The position numbers and the translations under genes are program-made. The notes under the pieces were generated by a model, which saw nothing but the letters and a program-made list of their open reading frames with translations, had not been told where the DNA came from and ran no database searches. Shown piece after piece: positions 12,145 through 23,892 of a stretch of DNA of 64,000 nucleotides (its first letter is position 1; each line of letters starts with the position of its first letter). The DNA comes from Patellaria atrata CBS 101060 (taxonomy: Eukaryota), in NCBI GenBank assembly GCA_010093705.1, contig MU006097.1, positions 321,905-385,904 of the forward strand, in the 5' to 3' direction.

Positions 12145-14242
12145 ATGCTGTTGTTGTACTATCTAGCTGGCGTTGTGGCGTTGCTCACAACTACCAGCAT
12201 TGCATTGTAGGTTCCAGAGTATCAGCATTTCTCGAAGCATCAACGCTAACAATCGTTACGTTTGAAGACAAGAAGATAATATCCACGGTGATGCTCACCA
12301 CGAGCGAAGTCTCCATCAAAACTTCGAGCGCCAAACAACAGTAAATTATGACTACGTTGTCGTGGGCTCTGGCCCTGGCGGCGGACCGACAGCAGCGCGT
12401 CTGGCTTTAGCAGGCTATAAAGTGCTCCTCATGGATGCCGGTGATGATTACGGAAATGATCTGTATTACCGTATACCAGCCATGCATCTTTATTCCACGG
12501 GGTACGACAAATGGGCCTGGGACTTCTTCGTTAAGCACTATTCAGACGCGAACAGAGCAAAACAAGACTCCAAATTCACATGGAAAACTCCAGCAGGGAA
12601 GTACTATGTAGGACCAAATCCACCATCTGGGTCGAAAGAGCTGGGAATCTGGTATCCGCGTGTGGGCGCGTTAGGAGGCTGCTCTGCTCACAATGCTATG
12701 ATCTTTATATGCCCACATGCAAGTGACTGGCAGCACATCGTCGATATCACTGGTGATAGTTCCTGGTCTCCTTCGAACATGCGAAAATACTTCCAGAAGT
12801 TAGAGAAAGCCAATTATATCCCCAATAGTGTTGCTGGCCACGGGTTCAACGGCTGGTTGACTACCAGTATCACTGACCTGAGTCTCGTAGTCGAGGACCG
12901 TAAACTGCTCTCATTAGTCGTGGCAGCTGCAACAGCTATGGGTCAGGGCCTTTTAGGAAAATTGATTACTACCGTTCTCGGCTTAGGCCAGGTTCTTGCG
13001 CGAGATATCAACAATAACGGCCGTAATCGAGATACAGATGAAGGACTATATCAAGTACCTATTAGTACAAAGAATAGCGAACGGACGGGACCCCGCGACT
13101 TCATCCTCGAGGTTGCCAATGCGAAGAATCGCGACGGCTCTCGCAAATATCACCTTGATATCAAGCTCAACACCTTTGTCACCAAGATCCTCTTCGACAA
13201 GTCCTCTAACAGACCCACCGCTACAGGCGTGGAATACCTCTCCGGCCCGCGCCTCTACCGTGCCGATCCGAACTTCTCCTCCAGTTCCGGCACTAAAGGA
13301 ACCGTCAAAGCCGCAAAAGAAGTAATCATCTCCGCCGGCGCCTTCAACACCCCCCAACTCCTCAAACTCAGTGGCATCGGCCCCGCCGCCGAACTCCGCC
13401 GCTTCAATATCCCCGTCGTCGCCGATCTTCCCGGCGTAGGCACCAACCTTCAAGACCGCTACGAAACCGCCGTCATCGCGCGCTCTCCAACCCCCTTCTT
13501 CATCACCAAGAACTGTAAGTTCCTCCAATCCTCGCCCGACCCCTGTCTCGATGCCTGGCAGCGTGGTTCCACCCCCGCGGGCAAGTTCGTCTACCACAGC
13601 AACGGCTTCGCGGTGTCTATTGTCAAGAAGTCCACCGCAGCGGACCCTGCCTTAAAAGCGGCGGATCTGTTTATTTCAGGCGCCCCAGCGGCGTGGAAGG
13701 GATACTACCCCGGCACCGCGCAAGATGCGCTCGAGGAAGCAAATAGCTGGGTCTGGTACACCTTAAAGGCACACACGCGCAACAACGCCGGTACCGTGAC
13801 ATTACGTTCCGCAAACCCCCTCGATACCCCCGAAATCAACTTTCGCTACTTCGACGACGGGGTCAGGACTGGGGGCGCGGATAACGCGGACCTGCAAGCA
13901 CTGTTCGAAGGGACAAAAATGGCCCGTAAGATCTTCAAGAATGTCGTTCCTCTGGATGGAGATTTTGAAGAAACCTGGCCTGGGCCTAATATCACGAGTG
14001 ATGCGGATTTGAAGCAGTGGATTAAGAACGAAGCGTGGGGCCACCATGCGAGTTGCACCTGTCCGATTGGCGGCGATGGAGACAGAAATGCTGTTTTGGA
14101 TAGCAAGTTTAGGGTTAGGGGTGTCCAAAAGCTGAGAGTTGTGGATGCGAGTGTGTTTCCTCGAATTCCGGGTACCTTCATCGCAGCACCAGTATATATG
14201 ATCTCAGAGAAGGCGGCGGATGCGATTTTGGCAGATGCATGA
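12145..14242 (+). CDS. Secreted GMC oxidoreductase (AA3-like flavoprotein), 2 exons
   Basis: Signal exon MLLLYYLAGVVALLTTTSIAL spliced in frame to YDYVVVGSGPGGG (FAD Rossmann motif). Also LGGCSAHNAM, EVIISAGAFNTPQLLKLSGIGP, VGTNLQDR, WGHHASCT and LRVVDASVFP. Confidence 0.95.
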
Positions 14243-14580
14243 GGAAGGAAGCGAAGTAAGCAGATCTACTAAGGTTGTAAAGTCTGAATTAGGTGGTACT
14301 TGTAAGTATTACGTCTGTATATATCCCAGCAGTATATACCAATCTTCAACACACGCGCCTAACACGTGATAGTATAGCTGTACCACCTCCATATGACTAC
14401 TCTATTACCGACTCCCAATCTACAGTTTCCGTGTTCAAGGCCTTATAGTTCGGCCCGTGCCTAAAACTCCTATTTTACAACATACCCCGGATTAAGGCAC
14501 AATCTCTGCGCAATAACGAGTTCTCTAGCTATCAACCACGTATTTCATGCGAATAAGTCTTTAATAAATTTCTAATATCA

Positions 14581-15432
14581 TTAATACCGTACGAGTATCC
14601 TATATATGGAAACTAACACGCTTGACAACAGTTTTCTCATATGGAAAATTTCTTTTTCCGAATAGAGACGTTCCCTCTTTCTTGCTTCCCGTGTGTATGT
14701 CCGCTCGCTTTCCGCAAAAAGTTCGCTTTGAGGCTGGTTCACTTCATTGAGCTTCATGATACACATTTCCAAAATGTGCTGTCGCTGCGTCGAACGATTT
14801 GCCCCTGATGTATGTATGTTCGTGGATCTTTATCATTGCACCATATCCGATTTTATCACCGGCGTGCATATTAGAATAGCCCTTCCCCTCCATGTCTTTG
14901 TACATTTCTGCCAGATCCTGCCCAGTCTCTGCCCGTAAAAAGAATATGTGTTCATAAGCAGACTTATATCGATAAGTGTATTCAATTACAATCTGCGTCT
15001 TTCCCATACCACCAAGGCCTCTAGGACGCAAGACCGTAATCGAGAGTCCATGCATTCTGACTGAGGTTGTAAATGCTTATGTATGGTTTCAGGAGTATCG
15101 TCGTGACCTGCAAAGAGATTGATTGTTTCGGAGTTTATCTACAAGTCTTTTTTGAGGAGGTATTGTGGTGTGAATCTGTGGTGCAAGTGCAGCTGTTTCG
15201 CGAAACGGAATCAGTACGTTGACGAGCAGGCCATTTCATACGAGAAGCCTTACGCAAGGGGACGTGATTGTCATGTATATTGCCGTAATTAGCACGCGAG
15301 AAATCGTGTACATCACCGAGGTGTTGACGGGACGAGTCGAAACTCAGTACGATCATTTTTGTGGTCATATGTAATCTTTGGCTCGCTGTCATTCAGTTCG
15401 CGTTTCCGCTTACGTGTTTTCGCATCAGCCAT
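14581..15432 (-). pseudogene. Decayed NB-ARC (STAND/NLR-type) gene with N-terminal amyloid-like motif
   Basis: Fragments in different frames: INLFAGHDDTPETIHKHLQPQ...LRSCVL, a frameshift near 15022, then GLGGMGKTQIVIEYTYRYKSAYEHIFFLRAET (Walker A region typical of fungal NB-ARC). A short helical, possibly TPR-like remnant follows. Most of the NB-ARC domain is missing. Confidence 0.8.
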
Positions 15433-16262
15433 TTCGGTAGAATACAACCAAACGACCAACGGGCTATATACCACCAGCTGTAGAAGTCTCTTTGAGGTTG
15501 GAAGGTCGTCGGTGCTGCCTCACTGCCTCGCTGTAGCAACCCCCCTAGAGTTAGTCCTTTTTTTGGGTTGGGGGAGGGGCAAAGTCCATGGAAGCTGTAA
15601 ATCCATCTCTTTAACATTGCCTCTGGTCACAGATGATAAGCTCGCGCAAGATTCAGATTGGGGTCTGCCCGCAACCCCTGATCCGTATGCAAAACCCGTA
15701 AAAAAGAAATTATACAGGGCAAGGACGGGACAGAGTACGGTACCTTACAGTACGTACTAAGGGAACTACAGCACGAAGTTTCAAGGACAGATATTTCGCA
15801 AAGGCTCCCAAATTCTCAGTCGAGGCAAAAGATAGGATTTCCCGAAGAACTAGATTCATTCACCAAAGTGACTAAACGTGGACCATGCTGGATCTCAAAA
15901 TTGATGCCCTGCTGCGCTCCGCCCCTCGTTCGCTTCCAAGTGAATGGTAGTGATGCCAGCAGGACTGGTCAAGTAATGCCACAAAGTCCATCACACAATA
16001 TGGCCGATGGCTGTTCGCTGGTCCAACGGACATAAAGCATAGTTCTCAGTAAGCCCCACGGTAATGAATTTCCTCCTTCATACCGTCTACTTTCTTCACT
16101 TCACCCCACAGAAATCAATTTCTACAATCACTTTCTGAATGTCTCACAATTCACCTTTGATACCTTACTTTCTTTATCAAAGACAGGAACTCCATTAACC
16201 AGCAATGTGGGTCATATCTCTACTTCTATAATCGCAGCCGTCATATCTTCTTCAGGTCTGAC

Positions 16263-17900
16263 ATGAAAGCTCGAATTATGGAACGGCTAAACCATATCAT
16301 TCCGATCATCATCCAAATCTCTTTGGTCACAGAGGCTCCATCCGTAGCTGTAGGCGTTTCTTATGAAGGTGAGACTTTATATCACGCGAACACTGGCCTT
16401 CGTAATGTACAGAAAGGATTGGTTCCGGACTCTAACACTGTTTACGGCATCGGCTCCATTACCAAATGTTTTACAGCTTCTGCTATTGGTATATTGGTTG
16501 ACGAAGGACTCCTAGAGTGGACCACCCTGGTGAAAGGCATCATTCCAGAGTTCAATAGTTCCAGTCAAACTATGTCGGAGCACTTGATCGTTGTTGATTT
16601 ACTGAGCCATCGGACTGTCATAGCCACTTCAAACAATTGGTGGTATGGAGCGGAAGGTACACTTCTATCGGACAAAGGTCAAACCATACGTGCGTATAAC
16701 TCACTCCAGTCGATAGGCTCCTTCAGGAGTCGTTATGATTACAGCAATTGGAATTATGCTCTGTTAGGCGAAGTCATCGATTCAAATCACAGGGAAGTCG
16801 TATGGGACTTTCATCAAGGAGAAGATCTTCGCCCTCTCGATATGAAACGATCTTCGGTGTCTCAAATTTTCAACGATGATGAAAATCTTGCACTTCCTTA
16901 CGCAATTTTGGATGATTTGTCGCCATATCCACTCCCAATCCCGAAGAGCGAAGACGGGAAGCTTATGCTTCCGCCCAAGCCATACAAAGCACCGTAGACG
17001 ATCTTTTAAAGTACAACAATGCTCTAGTCTCCGCATATCAAGACGAGCTACAATCTAAGGACTCAACAAGACCAGAGAACCCACTGAGAAATGTGGGGAA
17101 GCAGCTATCTGGTCACAACCCTCGCCGGGCCCCTTTCATGCTCGAAAAGACATACTGTCTTGGGATGCATCGACATCAAAGTACCTATAAAATTCGAAGG
17201 ACTGGGTTGTAGTTCGCAATTTGTCAAAGAGATGCCCACGCTATGGCTTCGAGGTGAAACACGTTTGATTCTACAACACGGTGGGGGTTTGGCTGGATAT
17301 ACAACATTCACAGCCCTCATTCCAGAGATAAACACCAGCATTATCGTGCTCGTTAACTCCATCGGAGTCGGTGATCCAGCTTCGTGGATCAACCAACTCA
17401 TTATCGAAGTTGTTATTGACACACCGAAACCTAATAATTACGTCGAATTGGCGAAAGAAGTTGCGCAAAATCATGCCACTATAGTGGATAGGAGGTGGCA
17501 GAGATTCAAGAATACTTAGAAAGATATTCCACCACCGCGAAATTTGATCGATTATGTGGGAACATATCGTTCCCTAACTCAAGCTTTCTTCGTTAGCGTG
17601 GGCGCTGATATAACGGAGGATTGTAGTTCTACCCTTGAGCTTGAGTTGGCATTTCAGGGCTTGGAATCACAGAAATGGACCTTGCACCATTGAGAGAATG
17701 ACACTTTTCTAACTCTCACGACCTTCAACGACTGGGGCGAAACGCGCAATGTTCACGTGTCGGAACGAGAACTTCTTCCATTTCAGATTTCAGGTCGATG
17801 AGGACGGTGAGGTTCAAGCGTTGTACTAGAAACTCGACGCGAATGTGCCCGCAGAGAAGCAGGTCTTGGACAAGGACGGGGTGGAGCCGGACAAGCTGTT
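16263..17900 (+). pseudogene. Beta-lactamase/transpeptidase-like serine hydrolase pseudogene
   Basis: SxxK (GSITK), DLLSHRT, YSN and HGGG motifs are present. Frameshifts near 16782, 16832, 16968 and about 17125, plus in-frame stops at 17517, 17691 and about 17827. The 3' end is approximate. Confidence 0.88.
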
Positions 17901-18193
17901 ACCTTTCCTTTGTCCTTTGAATAGCTCTGTCAACCTGGCGGGCATTCTTAATCCCAGTTGAGGTCACAATATCTAGAACGTGGTAAAGCTCTTATATTCT
18001 TAGGGAAGATGTAAGTAGGACCGTTATCTGACATGTACAATAGCTTGATCTGAAATAGCGAATAGGGAGCAACGGAGACCAACCATAATACCTCCATTGG
18101 TTAGCTCTACTGATGAATGCGGTATTCCACAATTCATAAACAGATATAATTTCTTTCCGTTTCCGTACTCTATGGAGTATCTCCTACCAGCAC

Positions 18194-19334
18194 CTACCTC
18201 TTCCCGCAAACATCCTAAAAGACATTAGCTTTTGTGCTACAATTTCAAAAAGATCACTCACCCCTCTTCTCTCCCTAAAGTTCCTATAAATCCTTAGCCA
18301 AATCTCTCGCTCTCTACACCCCACAACCACCTCCATCCCATCAGCGCCCTTACACTTCGGCCACACCCCCCTCGTCTGCTGTTCACTAGCAGCGATCCAA
18401 AGCTTCGGATGCGGATAATTAGAAAAGTGCACAAACTTCGCCTCTGCGAAAACCTTATCCGGATTCCATCCCTCCTCCTCTGAACCCAAATACGCCTCAT
18501 GCCGCTCGGACCGAAACTCCCCAGCGAGGAGATCGTAGCGGCGGTGGGGGAGCACAATACAGCTCTCTTTGCACAGGGCGTTCACGATCTCCATGTCGAA
18601 GTCTCGCTAGGTGTGGTTGGCGATGGCGGCGGCGACGCGGTGCCATTCCCGTGCGGAGGGCTCGATGAGGATGAGCTGCGAGGAGAGTTGGGCGGGGAGC
18701 CGGTATGCGCATGGCATGGCCACGGGCGCGGACGGGAGGGTGAAGAGTTCGTCCATATGCTGTGAGGTTTTAGTGAGGAGATGAACGGCAGGGGCGTTGT
18801 AGAGGGACTTACTTGGCGTACGACGGAGTCGGAGTCGAGGGTTAGAACTCGAGAATACTGGGTCTGGTTGAATTCGAGGTGTTTGGTAAAGCTGTCTTGC
18901 TATGTGGGCTCCTGGTTTGGAAAATGTTGGACTGTTATTGGGACAAGTTTGGCTCTGTACTCTGTTCGGGCTTTGTACAGGAGAGCTCTCTCGTTGGAGT
19001 ATCTGGTTTCATCGATAGCCTTGTTTACGCTCCATTGCCTCGGAAACATAAGCAGTCGACCTGGTTTACTTTCTAAATGGTGGAGTGATTCGAATAACAT
19101 GACTGAGTTACAAAGATACTGTGTGTTGGTCACGTGTTGCACCTATCTAAAACGATCCCGTCGAATACTCGGATACGCGAGTTCTGTATCTGTCTCTAAA
19201 TATGGAGTCTGGAACGTGTTACCGACCAGTGATGGAGTTAGAAAATCAACTCTGGGGTTTAGTATGTAGAGGAGGATATATATCAGCGAGAATAGTCCCA
19301 GGGCTGTGCGCAACTTTCGCGAACTCGAAAGCAT
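18194..19334 (-). pseudogene. Glycosyltransferase family 8 (Gnt1-like) pseudogene
   Basis: N-terminal TM anchor, YLCNSVMLFESL, SFTK..FNQTQYSRVLTLDSD (DxD), MDELF, DMEIVN and LPHRRYDLLAGEFR. In-frame TAG stops at 19143-19145, 18900-18902 and 18607-18609. Confidence 0.85.
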
Positions 19335-20088
19335 ACCGAAAAGGGTATAAATCTACTGTCAAACGGTCTTGTCAGCATGCAACAAAAATTTTGACGTGAA
19401 AACAAAGCATCAGCTGGAGTAAAGGACGACCCTAAAACCATATGGCGACTTCGTCTTACTATCCCGAGTTCAGTAAGTGGAGAAAAGAAGGGAAACGTAA
19501 AATCAGACTTCACTCGAGGATCTGAAAGGGAGAGAATAAGATGTTTGTCCTCGTAATATGGTGGCGCTAAGCTGCCTCAATTGATACAACCCAGACTGAA
19601 GTGACTACATAGACAAAGGAATCTTTAGCCACGTCAGGACTACTCGTCTTGTTTTTGAATCACCTACGGTTTGGGCTAGAAAGTGTTTAATTAGCACAGC
19701 AATCTTCAATGGAGGAGAGTCATGTTACACATGCTACGAAATAATAGAGTTACTAGACCAATCAGACCAGTACGGACACTTGTTGTTTGCATCGCCCTAC
19801 CTTACAGACGTCATAGGGATAGGGGAGAGGTATTGAGAGAGGAATCCAGGTAGAAGAGCTCGTTGCTGCCGAATTCATTGTAGACTTTGAGGAAAGAAAC
19901 ATTCAATATATCAGACATTCAACATCAACTATAATGCAAATCAGAAACTGAAAGCTATGAACAGAAATGAAGAAGTTACTGCGTCGTTGGGACATCGATA
20001 CGACAGATCCTTTCCAAACGCCCATCAAGTATCGACTAATAACAGTTAACAGCAGAAAAGGCAGGTCTAAAATTATAACTTTCAACCG

Positions 20089-21834
20089 TTAATGATCCAT
20101 CACTTTCCACCCCTCCCTAATCAGACTCCTACAGAAATATAACGCTCCCAAAACTACACCCAATGCAGATATCGAAATAGCGGTATAGAACGCACATCTA
20201 AATCCCCATTCCAAATCACCAGGTTGTGGATCATGCCCTATCACCGTTGTCTCCACAGTACCCGCAATGCCCAAAGAAATGGAAATCGAATAATTCAACA
20301 CCGTATTGATAAGACTGGCCGCTAAACCCTGGCGCTCCCTTGGCATATGATTCGACAGGATCAAACTGGCGGCGGGAAAAGACATGTCCATACCGAACGG
20401 CATGATGATGACGCTGAAGAACATCTGCGTCCAGTAGGTCTGCTGTGCTGGCATTGTACCAGCGATGATCGTCCCCGCTGCGAACGCCATCATGGAAACC
20501 ATCATGACGAAGCTGACTGGTGTATGGGTGAGGAGAAAGCCGGTTAGCCCAGCAGCGAGCAAACCGCAAATGACTGCGGGCGCGAACTGTGCGGAGATAG
20601 AGAGGGGTGTACAGCCCCTGATAACCTCTAGCCAGCGCCAGCTATAGAAGACCCAAATGCCAAATGCGCCCCACCCGGCCGCGATGCACGCGAGGACAAA
20701 GCCGACGGTGCTGTTCAATGCGTGGAGAGGGAGGAGCGGGTTTTCTGCGCGACGTTCTGTCCAGACGAAGCCGGCGAGAACAATCAGTCCGATTATCAAA
20801 AGGAAGTAGACGTGCGGCGTGCCCCAGCCGTAGAGCGGGCCGTTGTTCCAGGCGATATTGACTAGGACTAGACCGATGACGCCGAGGAGGGAGCCGGTCC
20901 AGTCGAAGCTTGGACGGTGCATTGGGCGTTCGGAAAGCTGTTGTGGGATGAGGAGAATGCTGAAGGCAGAGAGGGCGATACAGGCGATACCGAATGACCA
21001 GAAAGCCCATGGCCACCAGGCTAGTTGGCCAAAGAGACTTCCGGATGCGGCACCAGCGACATAACCCATTGGGGCGGAAGCGCCGAAAAGGCTGAAGACA
21101 ATGTTCTTCCTAATGCCAGGAGAGTAGGCCCGGCCAAATAGTGCTAGAGCATTAGGGAGAAGTAATGCCGGACCGATTCCTTGCATGGCTCGACAGACCA
21201 TGAAGAATATTTGCTTCCCTGGATACACACTGAAACCTGCAAATGCGCTCCAGACGCCGAACCAGGCATAGCCGAAGGCGAAGACACGCTTGTGGCCTAG
21301 ATTGTCACCCAGACGTCCAGAGATGAGGATGAACGTGCCGACTGTCAAACTATACGCCGCGATGTACCAGGACTGCTCACCAGGATTGCGCGTGTTGAAG
21401 TCCGCGGCGATGATATCGATGGGAGCTAAAGCCTGACCAAGTGCTGCCTGCGTCATGAAGTGGGCTAGAACGACTACGGCAACGAAGAAAGCTTCGCGAG
21501 GTCTCGACATCTCAACTTTATTACTGGGTGATTTAGGTTCCTTTGGAAAGATTGGGCCTCGCAGGCTGCTGGATTCATGCTCTATTTTATACTGATTCTG
21601 CATGATGTAGCTTGTCGAACGGTTTTGCTTATAGATAGATGTCACATCTTGCTGTGAGGGATGACGCGACTCGTAAAGGCTCGAAGCTGCTATGGACTCT
21701 ATTCGTGACTGAAGAGAGACATGCCGTGATTTGTAGAGTGATGGGGTAGGTGTCGAAGTCGCTCCTGCAACTCCAGGTTCTGGATCCATCCCATTGCTCA
21801 AGTCAATTCTTGAGGATGGTAATGGATAGTCCAT
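20089..21834 (-). CDS. MFS drug:H+ antiporter (DHA2 family, Atr1-like), intronless
   Basis: 581-aa ORF with SWYIAAYSLTVGTFILISGRLGD, RAMQGIGPALLLPNA and FGMDMSFPAA; about 14 hydrophobic segments. Confidence 0.93.
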   Translation of the reverse strand: MDYPLPSSRIDLSNGMDPEPGVAGATSTPTPSLYKSRHVSLQSRIESIAASSLYESRHPSQQDVTSIYKQNRSTSYIMQNQYKIEHESSSLRGPIFPKEPKSPSNKVEMSRPREAFFVAVVVLAHFMTQAALGQALAPIDIIAADFNTRNPGEQSWYIAAYSLTVGTFILISGRLGDNLGHKRVFAFGYAWFGVWSAFAGFSVYPGKQIFFMVCRAMQGIGPALLLPNALALFGRAYSPGIRKNIVFSLFGASAPMGYVAGAASGSLFGQLAWWPWAFWSFGIACIALSAFSILLIPQQLSERPMHRPSFDWTGSLLGVIGLVLVNIAWNNGPLYGWGTPHVYFLLIIGLIVLAGFVWTERRAENPLLPLHALNSTVGFVLACIAAGWGAFGIWVFYSWRWLEVIRGCTPLSISAQFAPAVICGLLAAGLTGFLLTHTPVSFVMMVSMMAFAAGTIIAGTMPAQQTYWTQMFFSVIIMPFGMDMSFPAASLILSNHMPRERQGLAASLINTVLNYSISISLGIAGTVETTVIGHDPQPGDLEWGFRCAFYTAISISALGVVLGALYFCRSLIREGWKVMDH

Positions 21835-23602
21835 GCTAAGTTTTAGAGATATGACAACCCTCTTCTTTTGCTAATAGATATAAGATGATATAGAAAGAGT
21901 ATAAGAAAGGATTTTATATTAAAAGATGGCTAGACCAGACTGTTTTACATTCAGTACTTACTTCTCTGGAATGTTTCCCTGTCAGAGGCCTGAGAAGATA
22001 ACAACATCCCATGCCAGTGAGTAGGATGGGAAGATGATAGTGACTTTGTACTCCCATAAACCCAAAAATGGGTCCAAACGAAACTTTACGGGATCCCTGT
22101 CCCTGTTTCCACGCCAGATCAACTATAGTTTCGATCTGCACTCCCTAACAACGCCATTGAGTTACGTTGGCGGATTCTCGATGGGGAGCCGACGAAAACA
22201 GGAGCTGACGAACCCGTTTCGCGATAGCGGTGAGGTTCAACCCTATGCAAAACAAATATAAGGAGTAAAGTTCGAGAGGCTAGGAAATGCTTAGCTATAC
22301 ATACTTATTATTGTCCAATTGTATGGAGGTGATGTGCTTTTGCGAGATGCATCTTCTGCGTCACAGACAGCCCTAAGGATTACCAAATTGGGATGAATCT
22401 CTGTGGGTCCTCCCTAGCAGTAACGGACGGTACTGTACTGTACCTCAGAAGCAGAAATCTGGCCGAATGAACGTTAACATATGGCGTGTAACAGAAGAGA
22501 ATACATCCCGACATTATATCTTCCGTCCCCTAATACCGTACGGTCGACATGAAGTTTGCTCTTCCCATAGTTGAGACATGCTTGGTTATGCGGAAGACGC
22601 CAAAGTCTTAAGAGGCTTTCCAATGTCCAAAGCAACGTCCATTGCCTGGTATTTGAGAGATCTCCAATCCTGATTTGCAACTGTGGCGCTCAAACTCGAA
22701 TTATAGATCAGATTGCCCGAGTTTTCGGTTGCAGAGTTGCGGTTTGCTTTTGTTGATCGACATCGGTTGTGTTTCCTCCCGAGATGCCACTTCGGATCGA
22801 AAGCGACCAAAGCTGGAACTAATCAAGCATTTCTCGAGTTAAAAACTTCGAAGTGCTGAAGTTCATAATACAGTAGACTGTCCAATTGCAGTAGAGCGAT
22901 ATGTGGATGCAGTGTAAGTCAGTCTTAGTGAGCTAATATATAATCGCCACAGGGGCGCGTCCCGATGTACGAGGTATTTTGACCTTCCCGCATAGAAACA
23001 CCAAGACATACTCATGCTTCATCCTTTCGTATTCGTGATTCTCGGTTCCTGATCACGGAACTGTAAACTGCGCCTTTCCGCTAGTCATATTCTGCTAGTG
23101 TTATAGCTTGTGAAGTATAGATAGGAGCTGAAAGCACAATGCTGAAATGTAATATTCAGCCAAGTTCCAGCCTTGCATAGCTCGTAAGTTGAGAGTCATC
23201 AGTAGGTATATGCGGTTTATCTTCCTAGCTTTGTCTATCGGAAAGAATAATATTTGCCTTGATAAGACAACATTATTACTCTATAATACATGTATACAGG
23301 ATAATTCGAGTTCTACGATATGGTTATAATAGTGACGGACTGAAAACTGGGCATTCGTCGAGTGGAACTATCATCGATCTGAGTCGTTTTGCAACGGAGC
23401 CGTTCTCTTGCGACTTTTTAGTGTACCGTCCTCTAGCGTCCTTTGAGACAACCGTTCCAGCGTTTGGTGTGCTTGCGTATGAGCGACTCAGTGCAGCAAG
23501 GTTGAGAACGTAATATCCGGTTCCCGTGATCTCCTGAGTCCTTGACGAGAGTAGGTTACCTGAGGCGACCGGGGAGCGTATTAATGCACATATTCGTAAC
23601 GC

Positions 23603-23892
23603 GTACCCCTTCCCCCGTCAGAGCAATCCTTCGCCTACTGTACGCTGCTTCCCGAGCCATCTTCGACTTTACTGTACGGGAAATAAAGAATAGCCGAGGA
23701 ATTACCAGTAGTACAAATAACCTATCGACGTTGGTTTAGGTACCCTGTACCTTGTCTCCCAAGATGTTTCTGACCTTGCTGTACAGGAGAGTCGAGAATG
23801 TACGGAGGACTCCTAACCGTAAATTGAGAGTGGATCGTACTCACAGCGAAAGCCTTTCAATATTTCGGGCTCAATAGATTCGACAAACGTAC
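23603..23892. repeat. GTAC-rich degenerate direct repeat in intergenic DNA
   Basis: Ten GTAC sites in 290 bp. 23640-23673 and 23747-23780 match at 21/34 positions, and 11 of the 13 differences are transitions. Confidence 0.5.
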
